Of a stretch of DNA of 64,000 nucleotides, positions 26,591-38,821 are shown piece by piece. The notes beneath the pieces are model-generated. The model was not told the DNA's origin. It did no database searches and saw only the letters and a list, made by a program, of their open reading frames with translations. Made by a program: the position numbers and the translations under genes. The stretch is from contig CM007991.1 of the NCBI GenBank assembly GCA_002189035.1, forward strand, positions 1,426,001 through 1,490,000. The letters run 5' to 3'. Every line of letters begins with the position of its first letter. Positions within the stretch are counted from its first letter, which is position 1. Origin of the DNA: Utricularia gibba (Eukaryota > Plantae > Magnoliophyta).

Positions 26591-28530
26591 CACCAGCCAT
26601 TGTAGACTACTAGACTCTTACCGTCAACAGTCAACGTTCCCCAGTATAGTCAACGAATGAGTTTGAATAATCAACTTTACTATTTTTACAACTGAATTGG
26701 GAGTTGGTCAGTTACGGGCTTCCTTGAAATTTAGTAAGAAACACTCTATATTCAGTAACAATTTTTTATCCCATAAATTTTAATTTAGAAAATCAAATTG
26801 GATTTAAAAAAACAAAAAATGCAAAATTATGTTCTGAAGCCAGAGGCCAATGATGGTGGTGGTGGTTGGCCATTTTTTAAGGTTTCTATTTTCTATGTAA
26901 TTTCTAAAATATGATAACTAAAATTTTAAATAACCGAAACAAATTAAATTCAATACAAAGTAATTAAATTACGATTATATTAAATTTAACTTAACTTCTA
27001 AATATATATTACATGGCGGCTTTTGAAATACTCATCAAAACCATGTGCCCAGTCATGAAATTTTGTACTGACATCATATGAACAGACAATGAATTGCACT
27101 GGTCCCACACCTAGACATAACATGCTATAGAAACTCTTTCTCTCTCATCTTATCGTCACAGGATTCGATTTTCCACGCCTGCTGTCAGCATTGGAAACAA
27201 ACTACATAAAAATAATAATAAAAATAATCAATCTCACCTAATAAAAATAATATAATAATCCTTTTAGAAATATACAGTCAATTTATCTCTCACAAACAAT
27301 TAATAATGAAGTCGAACGATAAAAAAGAGTAGTTTTTTTTTCAATGTCAATATCTATATTATTATTATTATTTAAATAATAAATGAAAAATACATATACA
27401 ATAGATTATGAAGGTAGATGATGGTGACAACTCAGTGGGATGTCCATCTATACACAGTTTATTTTACTTATTTTGTGTACAATCAAGTATTTATAATTGA
27501 ATTTGTGATTTTTGTCATAAAAACTTCATGAGAATGTTCCTCTTCAGATACTTTCTTTAGATTGACATTTCAAATATACTAGCACAACATTAAAATTGAC
27601 CTCTAGGTTTGTTTCATTAACAATGTGTGTATCAATTAATATAAACTCATTATCAACCTAATTTTTCATTAATATAATGTTTTTTTTAATTTGGGTGGAG
27701 GAATCTAAGTTGCTTGCTGGTGAGTAAAATTGTCAAATAAGTATCAATTCAACAGTCAATACTCCAAAAAGTAATGGAGACTAGAAAATTAGAAAGAGTT
27801 GCCGCAAATGTTGGGCATGTTGTAAACGAGTTCTACTCCGACTCTGCCTTTGAAAAATACTCAGAAACCCTCAATTTATGTATATTATTGTTAGTATTAA
27901 TGGCACATCATGTAATGATATTGTTTGGTTAGGTGGATGGGGCTGGAGGGCATTAATGAGATGGATAAGTATGAAGCACAGAAATGCACAAAATAACACA
28001 GAAGCCGTACCGGCTCCCCCGAGGAAAACGACCGGAGAGACCCGACCGCCGGTGGCCGCCTATTCTTACTGGAGGCGGCTGCGGTCTGCAAACCCCATAT
28101 TCAAAACACACAAAGCTTAGATTTTGAACATTTTTATGGTACCACATCAGTTATATGAAAGATAAAAACGGTTTTATAAAGAAATTATCTGAATTTGATC
28201 ATTAAGGAATTTCTTTTTTTTTCTTTTAAAAAAGATTATTTTAAGAAGATAAAAAAAAAATCACAAAAGATATTTTAGAAAGAGGGGCAGCCCCTTTAGA
28301 GAAATGGAGACAGTTGAGATTGAGGAGGAGAAGAATAGTCAAACAAGGATTGCGAAGAAAAGTAGAATTCTGCTCTCTTCTTTTTGTTTGCTAGTAATAC
28401 AAGGGTCCTTATCCCTGCGATCCAAATCGGTGTGCGGTTCTAAGGAGCTGAATAGCTATAAAACCCCCACGGGAGGTCACACTGTCTCAGCACCGAATCC
28501 TGCGACTTCTCTTCTCTTGTCTGAACAGCA

Positions 28531-30712
28531 ATGAGTATGACAAGGGTCTTCCTTCTTGCACTTGTAGTCACGGTGGCCGCCGCGACGGCTCCGACCGACC
28601 TGCGGTACAAGGACAGCAGGCAGCCGTTGGGTGTCCGGATAAGGAGCCTGATGAACCAGATGACTGTGGAGGAGAAGATAATGCAGATGGTTCAAATCGA
28701 CAAGCGTCAAGCGGACGCGGAGCTGATGCGGCGATACTCCATCGGTAGTCTGATCAGCGGCGCCGGGGCATCGCCCAATGAGGACCACCGTGCCACGCCG
28801 GAGCAGTGGGTGGATATGGTGAATGAGTACCAAAGAGGGTCGCTTTCTAGCAGGCTGGGGATTCCTATGCTGTATGGGATTGATTCTGTACATGGGCATA
28901 ATAGTCTGTATAGGGCCACACTCTACCCCCACAACGTTGGCCTCGGCTGCACCAGGTACATTCATTTCTTAGAATGGTAACTAAAGAGTTTCACAGTAAT
29001 TTGGATCTAATTTTGGTTCTTGTGCAGAGATCCGGATTTGGTGAGGAGAATCGGAGCAGCCACTGCGCTTGAGACACGCGCCACCGGGATTCCATTCGCC
29101 TTCGCACCGTGCATTGCTGTGAGTGATACTCATTATTCCACTTCAGTTTCACATTGTCGGCGTTTCCTTATGGGACTGAATCGGTGACGGAATTGCAGGT
29201 TTGCAAGGACCCAAGATGGGGGAGGTGCTACGAGAGCTACGGAGAGGAAACTTCACTGGTGAGACAAATGACTGACATAATCAAGGGTTTACAAGGAGAT
29301 GACCCTGCTAACTCCCTGCCCGGAGTACCCTTCGTTGGGAGGGACAAAGTCATTGCTTGCGCTAAACACTACGTCGGCGACGGAGGGACGACGCGGGGCA
29401 TCGATGAGAACAACACGGTGACGGACTGGAACGGAATGATGAGGGTCCACATGCCGGCGTACTTCGATTCCGTCGCAAAAGGGGTGTCGACAATCATGGT
29501 CTCGTATTCGAGCTGGAACGGTGTCAAGATGCACGCTAATAGAACCCTCATCACCAATTTCCTCAAGGGAACCCTCCGATTCAGAGTATGTTCCCTGATA
29601 CCTGCTTTAAGAAACGGAACCACCTGTTCTCACTCTCTGTTTTGTGAACGTTGCAGGGATTCGTGATCTCCGATTGGAACGGAGTCGATAGGATGACTAC
29701 TCCGTGGGGCGTTAACTACCCCATCTCGCTCATGACCGCCATCAACGCCGGAGTCGACATGATCATGGTGCCCCCGAACGCCACCGAGTTTCTGCGCCTA
29801 ATGACGTCTCACGTGGAGAACAACCGGATCCCGATGAGCCGCATCGACGACGCCGTTCGACGGATCTTGAGAGTGAAATTCGTCGCAGGTCTCTTTGAGC
29901 AGCCTCTAGCTGACTACAGTTTGATTCCCGAGATAGCAAACCAACGCCACAAGGACTTGGCCAGAGAGGCCGTGAGAAAGTCGTTGGTGCTTCTCAAGAA
30001 TGGAAACGACAACAGTAACCCCCTAATCCCACTTCCCAAGAGATCCACCAGAATACTCGTCGCCGGCAGCCACGCCAACAATCTCGGATTGCAGTGCGGC
30101 GGATGGACGATCGACTGGCAAGGATCGAGCAGCAACAACCTCACCTCCGGTAAGTACCAAGTAACAACAACATATCTTATCCTTTTTCCGATACACTAAA
30201 CCTGAATGATTTCACCATGCGCAGGAACGACAATTCTGAGCGCTATCTCACAAGCAGTCCATCCGAGCACACAGATTACATACATCGAGAATCCCGACGT
30301 CGAAACATTGACGAGGGACAGCGGCCGGTACTCCTACGCCGTGGTGGTCGTCGGGGAGCCACCCTACGCCGAGCAATACGGGGACAACACCAATCTGACC
30401 ATCCCGGAGCCGGGGCTGAGCACCTTGAACAACGTGTGCAGCAGGATCAGGTGTGTAGTAGTGTTGATCTCCGGTCGCCCTCTAGTGATCCAGCCGTACC
30501 TTCACCACATCGAGGCCCTGGTGGCAGCCTGGCTCCCCGGGCCTGAAGGCCATGGCGTTACGGATGTTCTCTACGGGGACTACGGCTTCACCGGTAAGCT
30601 TTCAAGAACCTGGTTCAAGAGGGTGGATCAGTTGCCGATGAACGTCGGAGACCCGCACTACGACCCGCTTTTCCCCTACGGGTTCGGACTCACCACCAAC
30701 CCGGTGGCCTGA
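28531..30712 (+). CDS. Secreted GH3 beta-glucosidase / beta-D-glucan exohydrolase, 5 exons
   Basis: Signal peptide, [42 protein letters not shown], nucleophile motif GFVISDW, acid/base region [11 protein letters not shown], ending [10 protein letters not shown]. Confidence 0.95.
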
Positions 30713-31275
30713 AGTTCGGAAGTGGAGACCTAGCAACTAAATCGTGGCTTAATTCTTCAGTATTTGTACGTATCGAGGATGCCCATTCGGTTTCCATTGG
30801 TTTTTTTCAACCTTGTTGAAAAACTAAAGCAATAAAGATATATTTTTGAGATGATATTCTCCATCCAATAATATCAACAAATATATTTTTTAATTTTTTA
30901 TGATAAAAAAACTATAAACATTTTATTTTGAATATAAAATTTAAAAATGATAATTATTACGACATGACGTTTGAAAAATGGGAAAATCAATTTATAAATT
31001 ATTTTGAATAATTGGTAATATTTTAAAATCTTTTGGAATGTGACAACAAAATACTCTCTAAAGAAATTAATTTTGATTCGAATTTAATTAACTTTTATAT
31101 CGGATCCATCCGGATCCGGCGATCCGCACCGGATGGACACAATTTTACTCTCTCCTGGCTTTATGGCGCCGTCCGTCATCCCGTGAGTTTGGATTTGGAT
31201 ACAATCAATCATGTATAAAGGGATGCAGGTTTGACTGTTCTTCAATCTTGCTGTTGGATTTGTGATTGGTATTGA

Positions 31276-33294
31276 ATGGCGGCATTTATAGTTCTCACGC
31301 TGAAACCGATATCTTCTTGTTTGGATTGTCGGTTTTACGCAGGATCATTTGCTGTGTATGAAAACCCGGTATTCAAGCCAAGTTCCAAACCGTCAGAGCA
31401 GAAAGGCTTTCGGGTTTTGGGTTGCGCCACTTACCGGCGGCACCCTGTTGACTGTTTTATCAATAAAAGAAGCTGTTCGAATGGGATACAGGAGGTTTCA
31501 GGTTTGCGGAATGGTGTTTTGTTTTCTGGGATTAATCATATCCATTTGAATAATCGTCGATTCTTTTCATCGCCTAGTAGGACGAAAGATAGTTTAACCC
31601 GCGCCGTAGTCTCTGTTTCTAGCACTAGTCCCAGTGTTGGTGAGTGGCCTGTGAAAGTTAAGGAAATTTTGAAGTTAACTCTTGGGAGTGGGATTGTTCG
31701 TAAGGCTCAACGATTGCTTGAAACCCATCCTTATCTTCGTGATGTGATTGCTCCGTTTGTTGGTACTCTCGTTGGAACTATTTTGGCATGGTCATTACTG
31801 CCAAGATTCTTCAAATGGATCCACGGATACTCATCTCAAGGAACTGAATCTCTGTTAGCTGGAAACGCGTTATGGAGTTCAGTACCTTATGAGAAAAGCT
31901 TCTGGGGTGCACTGGAGGCTCCTGTTAGATACTTCCTTACAATCATGACATTCTTGGAACTGTTAGTTGCTCCACGTGTTCCTGTTTTTATATAGTTTCG
32001 TGAAGTGGATATTTTTAATCTGTGAGATTCTGATTATTCTTTACATAACTACAGTGATCAGATAATCGTTCCTGCGGTTATTGCATCTCAGTATGTTGCA
32101 CACGCTTGGAGAGGAGGTTTCGTTGTTGCATTTCTATGGTTTCTAAATAGGTGGAAGGTGAATGTGATATCTCGAGCTGTCACTGCTAAGAACATGGAAC
32201 ACGTTGTGAGAGATAGATTGTTAGCTTTGGACAGAATATCATCCTTAGGACTACTTGCTTTTGGGTTGCTAGTTTTTGCTGAGGCATCTGGAGTTGCAAT
32301 TCAATCTATTTTGACAGTGGGAGGCATAGGAGGTACCCTTTTAGACACTTCCTATGTGAAAATTTTATGTCAGCTAAACTTCTTTTTTAGTGCCTTACAG
32401 GAGTGGCTACTGCTTTTGCGGCCAGAGATATACTTGGGAATCTTCTTAGTGGTATATCTGTACAAATGTGTCATCCCTTCTCTATCGGTGACATAATCAA
32501 AGTATATGCTTTGTTCTTGTCTCTTTTATTTGGTACCAGTTTTGCATTGCTTGTTTATATTTCCAATTCCTCCCTCGGAAGCATTCCATGCTGTTTTAGA
32601 CTCACCAAGTTGCTAAATAACGTTCTAATAATCAGATTAAATGCTTGAATTCTGATGAGAAGCAGATGGCTTTCCATTTATCGTTATTCCTTCTAATGCA
32701 TTTATCTTTGCAGGCTGGACCTGTAGAGGGTCAAGTTATACGCATGGGTCTCACAACGACATCTCTCTTGACTGCTGAAAAGTTTCCAGCCATCGTCCCA
32801 AATTCTTTGTTTTCTAGCCAGGTGTGGTATACATTCCCGTAGGCTTCACCTTTTTTGATGCTTTGATGCATGGATTCATTGTCTCATATTCGGCCTTTCA
32901 TTTTCAGGTCATCATAAACAAGTCACGTTCCCAATGGCGTTTCATCATCAAAAGAATCCCTCTTCAAACTGATGATGTTGAAAAGATTCCTCAATTATCA
33001 GAAGATATCAAGTCTATGCTCATATCCAATTCACATGTATTTCTGGATATGGAGCCTCCCTACTGTTTTTTGTCTCAGATTGCGGACTCATATGCTGAAC
33101 TCACCCTTGGATGCAATCTTAAAGATATGGTAAGCCTTGTTTGGTGTTTGCACCCCGTTGCTGAAAGCCACTTCTCATGATGTTCATCTCCACAGAACAA
33201 AGAAGCAGAGCAGGATATTCTGCTACAAGCGGTTCGTATCATCAAAAACCATGGCGTGGAGCTCGGCAGATCACCGGATTATGATACCTTGTGA
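31276..33294 (+). CDS. MSL1: Mitochondrial MscS-like mechanosensitive channel, 6 exons
   Basis: Long transit-like N-terminus, VPYEKSFWGALEAPVRY, ILTVGGIG|GVATAFAARDILGNLLSG, FSIGDIIK|AGPVEGQV..MGLTTTSLL..EKFP..VPNSLFSSQ|VIINKSR. Confidence 0.93.
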
Positions 33295-33517
33295 TAGTAA
33301 GAATTGTTTCTGATTATGCACTCTGCTGATGAGCTTGTTCATAGCACTCATTTGATCGGAAGTGCAAATGTTTATTGTGACTGAAACTCGTACATTGTTT
33401 CATAAATAGTTACAACCCAACGCAAGTTTGTACATGACATTCACAAACTGAGCATTTGACAACAGCACATTGAAGAAATACGCACTTCCTGCTACCTGAG
33501 CATTTCATATCATTTTG

Positions 33518-35321
<1,804 letters not shown>

Positions 35322-35479
35322 CACTTCGAGTGGAGCTCCACTACCAAGAAGATACCAAAAACACACACAACCTAAGCAACTGCTTCGGTTGATCGAAAGA
35401 AGGATAATTCCGTGAACCCAACTCAGGAACTGGATGATCGATCTACTTCTTGGATGGTACGAAGTACGTTCAAAGGCGC

Positions 35480-35745
35480 AGCCTTTGACTTTAAGACACT
35501 TTTATAGGTGGGCCGGGTACATTAATATATTCCATGTGTTTATGGAGGCCCATTTTGGCCCTATAATATTGATCCACAAGTGCCGCCCACGTGCAAAGCC
35601 CATGGCCTGATAGGATTTTTTACAAAGTCCAAAGTCCAAAGTCCAAACTGAACGGCAATTTATATCGAACTTTCAACCAGACCCCTACCCACGACCACTG
35701 ACGCGCTGCCGCGTGTCCCTGAGCGATCACGTCCATTGATTGGCG
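35480..35745. promoter_or_regulatory. Bidirectional promoter core between MAPK and BPS1-like gene
   Basis: W-box TTGACT near 35487, GGCCCA site II, CACGTG G-box near 35588, (CAAAGTC)x3 at 35623-35643, TGACG, two vCGCGb CAMTA motifs (35701, 35710) and a reverse CCAAT. Confidence 0.5.
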
Positions 35746-36478
35746 AAAGCGACTTCGAACAAATCGTTGCTATTTCTCTGTGCGTTTCCACCACAGGTAG
35801 TTGTTGGCTGATTTTTCTCTTCCTTATCGTTGTTTACTTTGGATTCTTCAGCGCTTGTCTGCAGAATTTTAATCCTGGTGATTGCGCCTGTTTGAGCCGT
35901 TGACTGGAGTTTTTGGGTGAGATTTGGGATGATCTGTCCGTTTTTTTTTTTGGATTCTCAATTTTGAAGATCTTGGGAGACTTTTGGACCATTAAATTCT
36001 GCTTTTTTTGCTTTTTGATTGGTTTTCAGCTGCTATTGTTATGGTGGACATGTTTAGTGTTAGATCTGTGACAACTGATGCCTTTCTAACTTTCGGTTTA
36101 TCGAGGGAATTGGTAAAGCAGCTGGAAGTTCTGATGAATTAGTTTGACTTTCCATGTTCTGTAATCAACTCATATTTGATAAAGTGAAGTTTGATTGGTG
36201 AAGAATGATATTTGTAGATCAGTTATGTTTTAGATCTGGTCTTTTCTTGCCAAGTCGTGACCTCTGGACATGGTTTTATTGCCATTTTTTGTTTCCATCT
36301 TGGTTATGCGTCTCTTACCGTAAATCTTCAATTTTCCATGGACAATCGGGGTGCTTCAATCTCGATTTTTCAGTTGGAGTTACACGGTTCTGTACAGCTT
36401 TTGCATGTGGATATGCGCTTATGTGCACGTTGGTAGTCTTACTGTCTCAACTCCGCTGCTGCAGGTGTGAAAATAACA

Positions 36479-37545
36479 ATGAGCCGTGCACAGGAACCCG
36501 ATAGACCGTCCCTAACGTTTGGAAATCCCTTTCGTTTGATATCCCCAAAGGGTACACCACAGTCCAAAAAGCTTGTCGCTTTGTTGGATAATTTTGAGGA
36601 GAAGTTGGCAGCGACAATGAGAAAGGTTAAACCTGATAGAACGGAAGATGTTCTTCAGTTGTCATGGATAAGGTTTGCAATGGTATCTCTTTATAATATT
36701 CACTCTGATGTTATACATCTAATGATGGACCTCAAAATTCCTGTTTCTGATTGGGATGACAAATGGATTGAAGTGTACTTGGACAATAGCGTGAAGTTGC
36801 TTGACATTTGCAATGCTTTTACCTCAGAGATTTCGCATCTCAAACAAGGTCACCTCTTTCTAAAATGTGCCTCCCATAATCTGGATGGCGACTCCCAAAA
36901 GAAGTTGCGGGCTTGTTCCTATCTAGATTCATGGAGGCTTGAACTCTCTAAGCAGAACCCTCGACTTGACAACTGCTTCACTATTCTCGATAGTCTGGTC
37001 CAAATACTTGACTTACCCAAGGTGAAAAACTCTGCCAAAGGGAAGGTTCTGATGCGAGCACTATATGGAGTCAAGGTGTTCACAATTTCGGTATGCAGTG
37101 CTGCTGCTGCAGCCTTTTCAGGGTCTAGCAAGAAGCTACTAACCATGCAGGTCTCTCGGACACACTTATGGGCTGAGGCTTTTCTGGATCTTCAAGCCTT
37201 TGTAAACACAGAAATCAGGAGATCCCTCCAACAGGCACAGGAAGTTCAACAGCATTCAAAGAACTGGAAGCTGTGGACGCAAATGTAAGGAAGATATGCT
37301 CAATCTTGAAGGACGACACCAACTCAGTCGCAGGCGAAACATTGCAAGCCTTGACCTCAGACTTGAGCAAATCTTCAGAGAATCTTTCACAGGAGTTGCA
37401 TCTCCTAGCAGAGGAGGTGGACCAGTTCTTCCGAGTGGTTCTTTCCGGACGCGATGCTCTCCTTTCTTGCTTCATGGTCCAGGACAGTTTCCATGTGAAA
37501 GATACTGCCCCCATCAACATGAAAGGAAGCCCCACTGCAAGGTGA
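36479..37545 (+). CDS. BPS1: BYPASS1-like (BPS1/DUF793) protein, intronless CDS interrupted by a 1-bp frameshift near 37225
   Basis: MSRAQEPDRP...FGNPFR.ISPKG, WDDKWIEVYLDNSVKLLDICNAF, LPKVKNSAKGKVLMRALYGVKV. The conserved KELEAVD...VLSGRDALL continues in the -1 frame. Confidence 0.88.
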
Positions 37546-37973
37546 GATAAGAGTGCGTCCCTGCGGTTCTTTTACTGTATGCATGTTTTTTTTTTTTTTT
37601 TTTCTGGTGAATATGAAGGTAGTTTGTAATCTTCACGTCGCCGACAAGACAGACATCCAGACTTTTCTGTGTAATAGTTGTTTGGAAATGAATGTAAAAA
37701 AGCTTGCTTCAAACCACAGTGTAGCTTCAGCCTTCAGTTTTCAGCATATGGGAGCATTTTGTAAAATATTTATATAATATATATAATCATATTTATCAAT
37801 TTTTTTAAAAAAAACATTTGCCAAGTATAATAATATTTTGAATATGTATTTATAAAATATGTTTTAAGTTATAGTCATATACTATATATTTATTTAAATA
37901 TAAATAATTTAAAATGTCAGAAATTACGGTTTTACCCAATATATATTAACTGAGCTTCCAACATGCACGGTGG

Positions 37974-38339
37974 ATGAAGACGACGCTCTGTCTGCCGGAC
38001 GAGATCATGGACGCGGATATCTTAACGAGGCTCCGGGTAAGATTCATGATTCAATACAAGTGCGTTCCCAAAGCATGGAGATGCTTCATCCAGGTTCACC
38101 TTGAAGCTTCCAGAAGCAACAGGCCTCGCGAGGCACTGATCTCAGAATGCGCAGGTGGTTCAGTAGAACTTCGTCCTTTGCGATTGTTCCCTGCTGTTAT
38201 CACCTCGGCTGATGACGAAGAAGACGTGGGCTCCGAATCGAAGTATGCTGATTCGGAGGGTACGCTTTTGGGAATGTGCTTTTCCATTTCTGACTCTTTT
38301 GTGAAATTTGTCGGTTTTTTTCGTGTACTATTTCAATAG
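37974..38339 (+). pseudogene. Truncated F-box gene remnant (F-box motif only, 121 aa)
   Basis: LPDEIMDADILTRLRVRFMIQYKCVPKAWRCFI fits the F-box consensus LPxEIxxxILxRLPxxxLxxxxCVxKxWxxxI. No complete substrate-binding domain follows before the stop and an AT-rich spacer. Confidence 0.7.
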
Positions 38340-38821
38340 ACGATGATTCGTTTTTCAGACCCGCCATTGATATAAAGAAGATTCAACCCTTTATCACAAA
38401 ATATGAACTTTAAAATGAATGAAAAATACTATAAAGAACAAGCACATTTTTTTTTTTGTGAGTTGTTTGAATCATGGACTTGGATTGGAGAACGAGAATC
38501 CCTGCAGCAGTAAAGTTGCCTACTTTAATATTTTTACACCTGGTAACTGCAAGAAGACATTTTTTTTTTATGTGAACCGCAAGCTCTCGCGGTTAGCACA
38601 GACATCCGGAAATGATGAGATTTGAATAATTTAATCCTGCGACTAGGTTTAAGGGGAAGGAAGTCTGTAGGTAAATTATTGGGCTTTAATGACCTCCTAC
38701 GATATCTGTTCGTAAAGCAGCCATTAAATACTGGGAGCAACTCTCGGAACATTCTTTGATTCTTCTTCTGCTGATGCTGCCCACGAGTCACAGTTTTTGA
38801 ATTCGCGCCGAGAAGAAAAAG

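Noticed and set aside
31095-31140. GGATCC/ATCCG palindromic cluster upstream of MSL1
   Set aside because: Short low-complexity motif common in plant TE remnants; no termini identifiable.
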